A stretch of DNA of 64,000 bases, taken from assembly GCA_036630325.1 (NCBI GenBank), contig CP142727.1, positions 434,001-498,000 of the forward strand, given 5' to 3'. The DNA is from Vairimorpha necatrix (Eukaryota). The notes under the pieces were generated by a model. That model was given only the letters and a program-made list of their open reading frames with translations, searched no databases and was not told the origin of the DNA. The position numbers were made by a program, and so were the translations under genes. This document shows, piece after piece, positions 13,201-24,470 of the stretch. Within the stretch, counting starts at the first letter, position 1. Every line of letters starts with the position of its first letter.

Positions 13201-13240
13201 TTGTTTCCCTGTTCATCCTTGTGTTCGCCATGTTAACCAT
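10220..13240 (-). pseudogene. Single Gag-RT-RNaseH-integrase polyprotein of element 1 (1006 codons, one premature TGA)
   Basis: CCHC knuckle CFICKKEGHYAREC, RT YMDD, RNase H TDA...E...TDH...DALSR, and integrase D,D(35)E (VALDL/TDNG/SNGRIER). The two listed ORFs are in frame, with TGA at 11044-11042 replacing the first Cys of the integrase CxxC. Confidence 0.92.
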
Positions 13241-13268
13241 TTATTTATTAAGGGTTCTAAACCCTACA
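13231..13268 (-). repeat. 5' LTR of element 1 (38 bp)
   Basis: Minus strand TGTAGGGTTTAGAACCCTTAATAAATAAATGGTTAACA, followed directly by the TGG PBS. Confidence 0.95.
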
Positions 13269-13352
13269 TAATATATAAAATTTTTCTTTTATTGATGCAA
13301 TGCACTAGTCTTGATATTATATTGTAACTATAAAATTTGAACATGTATACAC

Positions 13353-16300
13353 TGTGTTTATTTTCCATAATGAGGGGTAAAAATAATAAGGATATATAAC
13401 ATCCCCCCTCCAAGACGGTAGTCTCATACTAGAACTCATTAATCCCAAGCAGACCTTTAAAATCATAATGCCGCTTTTTCACGATCCTACCATTTTCCAA
13501 ACTAACTAAGTACGAGTCACCTCCGCAAACTTCCTTGATAACACCATATCCTAAAAACCTTCCTTTCTCATACTTACTACAACCCAATAAGTTCTCTTTC
13601 TTCGCTACCCTAACTCTCTGACCTTTATAGAATTTCTCTCTTTTGCGAGCCACAAACCTCCTACTATAAAATCCTTCAGGTCCATTCTCGATCATAACAT
13701 GGCCCGTTTCGTCTCTTGAGGCCTCAAACGGTGTACATCTCAACCCTTCATGATAGCTGTTATTATAACGCCATATACATCTATTAACCTTGGCTTCAAA
13801 ATCCACAGCATCATCTTTCAATATTCCTTCTCTTATGGTTCCTATTACCCTTTCCACTCTTCCATTACTTCTATGACTTTCTACGCTTACTTTCCTATGT
13901 AATACATTTTCCTCTGAACACCAATTCCTCATATATTCATTACTAAATTCTTTACCGTTGTCAGTAATTATTTCTACCGGTTTCATTCCTGATCCACACA
14001 ACTGTTTTAAAAATCCTACAACCGAGCTTCCGCGTTTGTCCTCTATTACTTTTCCCCAAACGATCCTAGTATAATAATCAATCACGACCAACACATATTT
14101 CCCTAAATCTCTAAACTCAATCAAATCCAAAGCAACCTTTTCCAAATAAAATCTTGAACTAACAAAATCACAACCACCACTCTTTTTCCTATTATGTATT
14201 TGGCAAACTTCACACTTTTTTAAAACATCCTCGATATCCTTCTTCATACCCGGCCAATAAAATTCAAACTTCATTGCATAGTACACTGGTCCTAAACTTC
14301 TATGTCCCAAATTTTCATGAGCATTGACAATTAAACCTTCACGCAATTCTTTCTTTGGAATCTCCGCTTCTCTACCAGAGTCAAATACCCAAATTTCCTT
14401 TCCATCAACAACTTTAACATGCTTGTCCCATTTACCCTGTGCCTGTTTAATACTTCTCTCCTTATTCATTAGCGTTTTCTCATTTTCATGTACCCTACTC
14501 AGTGCATCTGCTACAACCATGGTACTAGGCTCTCTATATTCAATGCTAAAGTCGAACTCTTGAATCTTTTCAATCCACCTGTTAATTCTATTATTGTTAA
14601 ATGCTGGTTTATTTCTAATCTCGATCAATGCCTTATGATCAGTTTCTACCCTAAATCTTCTTCCGCGTAGTTCATATTCAAACTTTTTAATTCCCCAAAA
14701 GACTGCATACATCTCCTTCTCACTGATTCCATATCTCTTTTCCGTAGGCGTAAACTTTTTTGATGCCCACTGTACTGGTACCCAATTACCTTGATCATCT
14801 TCCTGCATTAAAACAGCACCCATTCCAACATTACTCGCATCCGTGCGTAACAAAAATTCCTTATTATAATTAACAATTGCTAAACCTTTTAAATCCCTAA
14901 TCACTTCCCTTAAACTAATATATTCTTTTTCCATTTCTTCTGTCCATTTCCAATTACTTCCTCGTCCTTTAAGAGAATCCGTCAACGCCAATGTACGTTT
15001 TGCATAATTATCAATATGATTTCTAAACCATCCAGCCAGCCCAAGAAACTTCCTAACATCTGATACACACTCCGGTTTGGGAAATTCTAACGCTTCATTT
15101 TGCTTTATTTCAGATGGCAGTATCTCCTTGCCATTAACTGTTACTCCTAACAACATCACCTCTCGTTTACATAATTGAACCTTAGCCAAATTAATTTTCA
15201 TATTATTCTCCTCTAATATATCCACAGCCTCTTTCAACAATTTGTCGTGACCCTCTCTTGTCTTACTATGAATCACAATATCGTCCATATAAATTTCGAT
15301 TCCCTTACCAATAAATTTTTCAAAAATCCCATTCATTATTCTTTGTAATATCTGCGGAGAGTTTTTAAACCCCATGACCATCGAATTCCACTCGTATACC
15401 TTTTTATTAAACTCAAAAGCCGTCTTAAACCTATCCTTCTCTTCATCTCAATACTATAAAACCCCTCCTTTAGATCTATCACGGTAAAAAATTCAGATCC
15501 CTGTGTACTTCTAATAACATCTCTTATCCTAGTTAACTCATAAGGGTCCTTCTCTACAATGTCATTAAGAGCAATTAAAATACTTACTAATCTTATATCA
15601 CCATTCGGTTTCTCAATCGCTCTAATGGGATTTCTCCAGTCAGATGTCGACCTTCTAATTATCTTTCTTCTTTCCAAACTATTAATATAATCTTCCGTCT
15701 TCTTCAACAAAGCCTGAGCTATAGCCTGCCCTTTTTTAACAACTTTCTTGCCTTCTTGAGTCTTGATAATACATTTTTCAACCTTACAAAAACTAATATC
15801 TTCATCCTCTCTTCCTCCTACCCGTGAAATAATCTCCTCTAAATACGCGATGCCTCTTACATCCCTTCTCAACAGAACTCTCTTATTATTGTCCCTTTTG
15901 CTATAATCTTGTATATCCCCTAAATTTTTCTTCTTACGTTTTCCACCATCAACATTATAATAATCACATTTGTCCGAATTGGAATCGTCATCAAATTTAC
16001 CCCCTAAGTCTAATTGCACTTTACATTTACCAACATAATTAAAACTACTTTTATTTCTTCTGTCTTCAGAATCTCGCCTCATTCCCCTACAAAATCTAAC
16101 ACTATGGCCTAACTTCCCACAATTGTAGCAACGCATATTCTTTTTATTTTCCTCACGAGACAACTTATTCTTCTCCTCAAATTTAGCCCATAACGCTAGG
16201 GACAACTCTTCAAATTCTTTTTTTCTCACTTGTTCCTTTTCCTCCTGAATAGCTAGCAACTCTAATTTTTCCTCAATTTCCTTCCAACTACCCTCTTGCG

Positions 16301-16535
16301 AGATCCTCTCAACAATAAAATTTCTCAATAAAATAGAACCTCTCCTAAAAATTTCTAACTTAAATCCACACTCATCAATTTTCTCTAAAAACAACTCATA
16401 AACAATCCTTTTAACCTCTTTTAATAATATTCTAGCCTCTTGGCCACGGTCCTCCTTTGTAGACCCATTTTCTGGTATCGCCCCCATGTGTTTATTTTCC
16501 ATAATGAGGGGTAAAAATAATAAGGATATATAACA
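13353..16535 (-). mobile_element. Ty3/Gypsy-type LTR retrotransposon, element 2 (3183 bp, 49-bp LTRs)
   Basis: Identical repeats TGTGTTTATT...ATATATAACA at 13353-13401 and 16487-16535. TSD TACAC at 13348-13352 and 16536-16540. PBS TGGGGGCGATACC and PPT GGAGGGGGGA. Confidence 0.97.
13429..16502 (-). pseudogene. Gag-RT-RNaseH-integrase polyprotein of element 2, one 1-bp frameshift in RT
   Basis: CYNCGKLGHSVRFC knuckle, YMDD, HHCC and DDE motifs. FYSIE(I)EEKDRFKTAFEF is restored by adding one base near 15445, which joins ORFs 15336-16502 and 13429-15381. Confidence 0.92.
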
Positions 16536-17361
16536 TACACTATTAATATGTAATTACTGTATAAATATGTACTATTTCAACCACTTATTCTTACTTTTCT
16601 GATATACAGTGTATTTTTTATTTTAGATATTACTTATATTAAAAATTTTAATGCGCATAAGGTATAATAAGATGTATTTTTTTCTCATTGTTTATTCTTA
16701 AAAATCAAATTCTGGCTATGATCAATAAATAATATAAAAAACAAAGTACATTTTTGTCAAGAAATAATTGAGGTCTATTAATTCTTTTTAAACATAATTC
16801 TTTTAAAAAAAAGAAGATGTTTAATTGCATTTTTTATAAGTTTTAATTCACATTTGTGAATTAATTTTCTTTATTTGATCAAAACAAATATTCATAAAAC
16901 AATGTTAACATTTAATTTTAAATTTAGAAAAGGAGACAATTTTTACCAATTTTTAAATAATAAAAAATTTATGAATGGTTAATGAATTTATTTATAGTAG
17001 AGTCGTGTTTTCAAGTAGAATAGAAAAGAATATCTTTAAGGTTATTTTTTCAATTGAATTTATTGCTATACAAACAAACAGTATTGTTTATATTTCATTC
17101 GGAAGAATAAATTTTAATAATAAGAGCCTTAAATCATCAGATTTTTTTGGACATATGTTTGTAGTCATTTTATTATTGAAAATATATATGCTTACTCAAA
17201 GTTTTAAAACTTTTGTATAAACAACATCATTAATAAGCACTTCCTAAAATATGCAATTCATATAGTATATTAGAATAAATGAAAAAATTGAGGACAAAAA
17301 TAAATTATAATTAATAAAATTGTAAAATATGAAAAACGGTGTAAAAATTTAGTTAATGAAT

Positions 17362-17808
17362 TTAATCTTGATCTATCACAAGATAATAATATCTTACATG
17401 TATCTTTTTGTAATAGAGCTTATATAACCATGCAAATATTTGCAATATTTTTTTAGAGAACGTATTGTTGATAAATGGAAGATTTACTATGTGATCATAA
17501 TTTCTCTCCCAAAAATTTTTCTTTTTAAGTGTTTTCAAAGGCGTTGTATGCAGTGTTACTATTATGTTTTTGATAACTTTATCTTTAGATTTCTTTTTAG
17601 TTATATTAGACACGAAGATTTTGCCATTATCTTTTTCATCCTTAATCACAACAGTCAATGTGTCTTCATAGTTGTTAATACGAATGACTGATATTCCATG
17701 ACGTTTTAATTGATCCATAAATTGTGTTGAGCATATTTGATCATTGGGAGAATTCAAATATCCTCCCATCATGTTACAACTTATTGTAAATAAGAATGCA
17801 AATATCAT
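17362..17808 (-). CDS. Hypothetical small secreted protein (148 aa)
   Basis: ATG start with short hydrophobic N-terminus MIFAFLFTISC. No known domain. Confidence 0.5.
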   Translation of the reverse strand: MIFAFLFTISCNMMGGYLNSPNDQICSTQFMDQLKRHGISVIRINNYEDTLTVVIKDEKDNGKIFVSNITKKKSKDKVIKNIIVTLHTTPLKTLKKKNFWERNYDHIVNLPFINNTFSKKILQIFAWLYKLYYKKIHVRYYYLVIDQD

Positions 17809-18932
17809 TTTTTGTTTTGATAAATTTTTGTTTTTATTTTTAAATTTGAAACATATGTAAGAAAGAAAAATTTATATTTTTGAATAATTTAATTTTATAT
17901 TAGTAATTTATCATTTTTTATTGATAAATTAATTATCTAATATGTTTTAGAATTTGGAAAATTGAAACTTAAACATAAAACCTTAAATTCTACCCAATTA
18001 AATTTTTACATTTCTTCTTTTACTTTTTCGTTTTTTATTTAAATCACAAAGATCATAAAAGGGGCAATTAGATAATCGAATTGATTAGGACATTAAGATT
18101 AAAATTGATGAAACAATTTAAAAATTAACTCATGTTTCAATACTCACTATTGTGTAATAGGACATTTATAATTAGAACACTAGTAATTTTAAGCACACAT
18201 CAGAGATACTCAGGTTACTACGAGAACATTATATTCTCTTGTATTTGAATTTAAATTTATCATAAATGCTAAAAATAAATGATAAGTATTTCTTATTCTT
18301 AACTTTTTTTATTGTCGATATGGACATTCAAAGGGCGGTTTTTTTTCTATGGTTATATTGTGACCTTAACTATAATTTCTAAGGAAGACTGTATTCACAA
18401 AGATCTTGCAGGATAAGACATGTAATCACTTAACAGCACTCAACTGTGGATATGTTTATCATTGTCTAATCCAGTCACATAGTTTATATTTGTACATTTT
18501 AATACTACCTCGTCCATGACATAACATACAAATAATACATGTCTTAGACTTATGAAGCGACTTTATTGTTTGTTAAAAGAAAAACATTACTTTTAGTATG
18601 CAACGGCAAAGACAGAAATAAACTTGTATATTTGAAAGCTAAGTATATTAGATTATGTTTATCAGTAATTTACAAATTTGAAAAAGAAAATTATAAATCT
18701 CATTATTTTTATCTTATTAGCATTATAAGTAGTTGAATCGGCACTGCCAACCATCGTAAAAAAAAATAATTATTTCTTTGTAAACTGAGAAAAAATTAAA
18801 GCAATAAAATTAAAAATTTTAAAAACAATGTAAAATAATAATAGATACCGTAAATTAGTTAAAATATCAATTTAGATATTTATACCGTAATTTTTAATCT
18901 TAAGTTATATTGTCTATTACAAAAATAAAGTA

Positions 18933-19685
18933 TTTTTGTTTTTCAATAATAAAATGGTGGTTCCTTGTATGAGAACCGGGCGTATTCGGACGTGATTCTT
19001 ATCCAACTGATACTTTTTATTTCTTACGCACCAAAACTCACTATATACCTTACTATGCAACAATCTAGTCGCCATTCATTGCACTTTGGCATCAGGAGAT
19101 ATAATTTTCATCAAAACTAAAAAACGCGTGAAGAAGTTTTCACGCAGATACCTCTACAAGAAAAATTTTTCAATAAAATAAAAGATACATCTTTTTAATA
19201 GATAAAATTCCCTAAAATGTAATGTATTTTAAATACGACAACCTTGCATCGGAATTACAGCACGGCATTTTATGAAAATGTGTTGACCATTAGTCTCCCA
19301 CTATCTACCCTCCGAGATACAATTACGTAGGATTTGTTTCCACGCTGCCTTCTACTTTCTACTCGTCTAGACTGAGTTAGCTCTATAATCCACACTAGGT
19401 CATCATTATGGGCTCCAACTAGGTTTGTTCTCGGCAGATACTTTTTGACATCATTAAGTCCTCAAGGAAACTATTTTTACGTAAAGCGATGTCACATTAG
19501 ATGCTAATCCCCCATGTCTTGACATACAGAAGGTTATTTGAACCAACATGATGTTTGCGTAGAGATTTTTAGCATCTGAGTTGTTCCAACAGCACCATGA
19601 AAGTAGAACATTTTGGAGCCTCTAGGATTCTAGCCTAGTCATTCTCGATGTAAGCTTTCCCTTGACCAATGGGCTAACGGCATTG
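18933..19685 (-). mobile_element. tRNA-headed SINE, diverged copy 3
   Basis: The reverse complement is collinear with 41546-42335. Shared blocks include GTTCTACTTTC...GTTGGAACAACTCAGATG, CTAGTTGGAGCCCAT, GCCAAAGT.CAATG.AT and CAGTTGGAT.AG.ATCA. Degenerate A/B boxes at the right end and an A-rich tail at ~18933-18943. Confidence 0.8.
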
Positions 19686-21617
19686 CAAGATATTTATATG
19701 TAGTTTTCTGTATTTCCACAACAAATATAAATTCTAACAAGAAATAATTTTCTTTTAGAGGTACAATTCGAGTTAAATTTATATTAAATTATTCAATTCA
19801 TAAAAACCTCTAGTATTAAGGTATGTATTTTACTTTAAGATTGATATTTTGAAATGCTGTTGTTGCACGTACAATGTTCTTTACGTTCGTATACCTTTAT
19901 CATTTTCACTATTAAAATTTCCTTTTAATGATGCCTTCTATAATATAGCGCCTATTTCCTTTGATGACGATGTAAAACTGTAGTTTTTGCTTGATATGCA
20001 GTTTTTCGGAGACAACAAATATCACACAAAAATCTCTAGAGCATAAAAATTTTATATCGATGATCTTATAACATCAAATAAAAAATTCATTTTCAATAAT
20101 ACTTTCACAGTATACCAAAGTTTGATTATATAAATGATATTAACCACATCTTTTATATTTGTATGAATGCAAAAATTATCATTTCATTAATCAGTTATTA
20201 CGTTTTAAATATTGCAATGTTAATTGGTCTAAAATAGAACACAGTATTAAAACTCAATCTACACAGAAAACCTATAATACATATTTTAAAGCCTTATTTT
20301 AGATAAAATCTGCATCAAATATCTCTAATTGGACTGATTTTTGGTATGGATTTTTTTAAAAAAGGTTTTTGAATGTGAATTTTCTGTAAACAATAAAGGA
20401 AGGTTTTGAAGTATTTGTATAAAAATATAAGATGAAAAAATTGTGTTTATATTACGTATATGCCCTTATACTGTATAAAATTCCTCTGGACAATCTCTTA
20501 TTACAACAATAAAATATTTTTATATGTTAAGTATAAAAAAGGATTTTTTTAAAAAAAATTTAATACTGTAAATACGTCCCAGTAATGTATTTTGACAAAT
20601 TTGTTGAATAAGAAAAAAGTTAATAAATAATACAATATAGGTTAAAATTTGTCTTAAGCAATATTATTATAAGTTTTCTCGGAAATATAAAAATTCTTTG
20701 AATTTTTTAAAACAAAAAGCTACAAGAGCTAGTGTCTATATTTATATGACATATATAATTCTAGATTGTAATTAATAAAGTGAAAAACAAAGATATATTC
20801 ATTGTAAAAACATTAGATAAACCTAAAAAAATGTAACCAAAAAATAAAATTAATTACAATATTTAAAATATATAATAAAGTGTTGTAATGTTTATTAAAA
20901 TTACTACTATAAAGATAATCATGCAAATTTATAATATTGAAGAACTTTTAATAAGACTTTTTCCTGTTTTTTTTTGCAACTTTTTATAATTGCATTTTAT
21001 TGAGGTATTTCTTATACTATACACGCATTCATGTAATAATATAATATATAGTCGATTTAGAAACGCCTCATCTTAAACAAAAAATAATTTATTTTATCTT
21101 AAAAGAATTTTTAATGTTTGTGTTGTTAAATTTAAATTATAATTCAATTGTTATAATTCTAATAGTATTAACAACGCAGATTTTTACATTAATGTGAAAA
21201 AATACATTTTATACGTCTTCTTAAAAGTATCTGCACATTACAAATAAACACATATTATATTTGGTTATTTATTATCTTATTAGTTTCGGATATGTGAATC
21301 CGTGTATATATATAATCACAAACATGCAACATAATATTCTGTGCTGAAATGATAAGTTTAATGTGACTGAACCATATATATATATTTAAAAATAAATTTG
21401 TATATATAATTAAATTTGATCCACAGAACAAAATTATTAAAAAAACGTAAGATAGATAGAACTATACCTGTTAAAATATGCCAAAAGTATATTTACTTAC
21501 AGATTTGTTTACACAAACAATTGTTCGGGTTAAAGCCAAAAAAAAACTCATGCAAAGTTTATAACATTATTGTTGAAAGTTTACATATATAAATAACAAA
21601 AAATGTGTTTACCCTAT

Positions 21618-22586
21618 ATGTTTATATTTATTGTATTTTTCAAATGTTCAGCCAATTTTTTCAATACTGGTGAAACATCTACACAGCTTCAATTTGATAA
21701 TCAAAAAAAGAACAACGAAGATATTTTTATTAAATTTTTGACAAAGGAAAACAATAAAGCACCTCAAGAAGAACGGGTAGATCCAACAATAGAAGTACTA
21801 TTCGAACATTTGATAAAAGGTGGTAATTTAGAGACATACAAAGGATTGACCACAAATGATAATTGTCAACAAATTGATAACGTCAATTCCAATTCGACGG
21901 CAAATGACATAGAAGACTATTTATTTTTAAATCATCAATTGAATGAGATGAAAGATAAATTTAATAATATCAAGCTGAAATTAGCGGAATTATTTCCTAA
22001 AAAAACAAAACGGGTTATAGTTGTAAAATTTAATAAAGACGAAAAAAATAAAATTAAATTTAACAGACGATATTTGTGCAAGAGGTTTTTAAAATATAAA
22101 ATAAAAATGTATAATTTTGCTATAAAAATAAAAGATGAACTTAGTAAATTGAACTATTTTGATATGAATATTGTGTTTGATTGTTTGGATTTTATAATTG
22201 AAATTTCTGATTTTGTAATACCGAAGATAAACAAATTATACTTAAGAAAATTTTCTCATAGTTTGCTCGATTCTCTTTCTTTAGATTGTTGGAAAATAGA
22301 GGAGGTTATTAATGTAATTGATATACCACGATTTATTTCATGCATCTATATCATTCTTGATTTTAAGATTAAAAATAAAAATAAGAAAATTATATCAATT
22401 TTGAATGATATGGTTGAACTAAAAGATAATTTTAGTTTTTTCTATAAACAAAAAATTATGCCAGTTTCACGAATAAATGAAATTTGCGAAATAATCAGAG
22501 AAAAACATAATATAATAAAACAAATGTACATGTATAAAGTTTACATTTCCATTTATTTTGTGTATATTTGTCTTAACAGGTTTTAG
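21618..22586 (+). CDS. Hypothetical secreted protein (~322 aa)
   Basis: CCC-TAT-ATG at 21618 gives MFIFIVFFKCSA, which is signal-peptide-like. Long open frame. The upstream ATG at 21603 is an alternative start. Confidence 0.7.
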   Translation: MFIFIVFFKCSANFFNTGETSTQLQFDNQKKNNEDIFIKFLTKENNKAPQEERVDPTIEVLFEHLIKGGNLETYKGLTTNDNCQQIDNVNSNSTANDIEDYLFLNHQLNEMKDKFNNIKLKLAELFPKKTKRVIVVKFNKDEKNKIKFNRRYLCKRFLKYKIKMYNFAIKIKDELSKLNYFDMNIVFDCLDFIIEISDFVIPKINKLYLRKFSHSLLDSLSLDCWKIEEVINVIDIPRFISCIYIILDFKIKNKNKKIISILNDMVELKDNFSFFYKQKIMPVSRINEICEIIREKHNIIKQMYMYKVYISIYFVYICLNRF

Positions 22587-24164
22587 ACAAAGAATTTTTT
22601 AACAAGGTCAAACATAACCCTCTATTTTATGCGATAAACAATAACATATAATTTAATTTCATAATACAACTTCAAGCATAGAAAAAATTTCAATACATCT
22701 TATTATTGCCCTGTTATCTAAAATTGAATCATATAATCTAAAATAAAGTTAGATATGTCCAACTTTTAATTTAATCATGGGCCAAGATTTAATTTGTTTA
22801 TATAAAAATTTATTTTATATGGCGAATTCTATTATAAACTCATTCACTACTTTTGAAAGATTATATGAAAGAAATTGTGTACATTTTAAGAAAATTATAT
22901 GACAGCACATTGATTTTTAATACAAATTATATGTAATATTTATTACATTTGTCTTTGTATGACGCAAAAACGAAGCTTGGCTTTGATGGGATGATATAGC
23001 ATTTTATGTACGCAAAAAAAAACTTTTATTTAAAATAAACCAATGTAAGATTGCATTTAACACTTTAAAGCCTTTTCCCTCATATATGGCCAACGGAAAT
23101 TTTTTTGTTCAGGCCAGCGTCACCCACTTCCCATGGGAACATTTTCACCCATGCTTTACACTTTAGCTCTTTCTAACTAATAGGATAATTAGATCGTTAG
23201 TTTTAATTCAAGTACAACCCTAGTTTTGTGTGCATATTAGTTAAAAAATTGGTAAAAAATTAAGATAAAAATATGCTTAATGGTCGAAAGACAAACTTTG
23301 GGCTATTTTCTATTCTTAGTTTTTTAAAAAGTGAAGACGCTAGCTTTAAGAAAAGAGATGTAAAAATGAACCGGTAGTCAACGTATTGATTAGTTTTCTT
23401 ATTTTAATTAATCAAAGAAAAATTTTATTTATCTAAATTTTGCCAAAAAACAAGAAGATCTTACAGCATGCTATTGGCCCATAATAAAACCTTTACTTCT
23501 GTAATAATAATACATTTGTCAAATGTCGCTTTATTGGAAAAAAGGCCATTAGGCATTCGTAATAGAGAAAAAAGTTTGTATTTTTGTAATATACTAATAG
23601 TACATAAATTGTTTATAAAATTTGATATCGGTATTTTAAACCGTCAATTAACAGATAAAAGTCGCCTGATAAAAATTGACCTTTTATATTGATATTTTTC
23701 AGCCATGCAACTAATAAAATCATACTCGGCCAAAGGTAATTATAACTTGTAATTTATATATAAAATGTGATTTAAGGGCATGAAAAATCCCATTTTCACC
23801 TTATTCAATGTCAATGACGATCAGACTTAAAATATCTACGATTGTCAGTCTGTCAGATTAATTTAATTGACTAAAGCCCTTAAATTATTTCTAAAATTCT
23901 TTCATAGTTAAGTTAAAAATTTGAGGCGACTATAAACTGCCATACCTTTCAATATCTCTACATATAAGTATAACCTTCAGTCGATGTCATAAACTTATTT
24001 TACAATCCAACTGTATTTTTTTTACAACATTCGCTTTGTCAATTTAGGAATTATTTTGTTAAATGGAAGTACTTACGGGGTCTACCATAATGTCTTTATT
24101 TACTTTGCATCATTTTTACCATTCATTAGCCAATAATATTAATTTGGATATAAGATCTTACTTA

Positions 24165-24470
24165 TTAATTACTTTTCACAAGATAAGCTCACATATCTTC
24201 TGATACTCTTAGAGTTCCCTCTTAAATCCACATATCGGGCTGCGAAACCCCTTCAATATCAGTATCAAATACATATTTATATGACATAGTTAGGATTCCT
24301 GAAACTATTTTAACACTCTTTTATGGATATATGCCTCGATCTGGTTCTGTTCGAAGCTCTTTGATATGCCCTCGGTACAAATCAATTATATTCCATCTCA
24401 AGCCATTATGTAGGAACCAATTTTTGGATTGTATATGTAAAGAGAAGGGACTATTTATTGAAGCGCTATA
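24165..24470 (-). mobile_element. Degenerate 3' remnant of an RLE non-LTR retrotransposon
   Basis: The minus strand gives fragments like DGI...RGHIKELR...EAYIHKRVLK. Collinear with 47560-47870, including the downstream CTTGTGAAAAGTAATTA. Confidence 0.65.

Larger units (their letters stand above)
10194..13268 (-). mobile_element. Ty3/Gypsy-type LTR retrotransposon, element 1 (3075 bp, 38-bp LTRs)
   Basis: Identical direct repeats TGTTAACC...CCCTACA at 10194-10231 and 13231-13268. TSD TAATA at 10189-10193 and 13269-13273. PBS TGGCGAACAC and PPT GGAGGGGGGA on the minus strand. Confidence 0.97.

Noticed and set aside
11115-14670. Short plus-strand ORFs antisense to the retroelements (also 48942-50120 and those opposite core genes)
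   Set aside because: Shadow ORFs produced by the purine-rich coding strand, with no motifs or start context.
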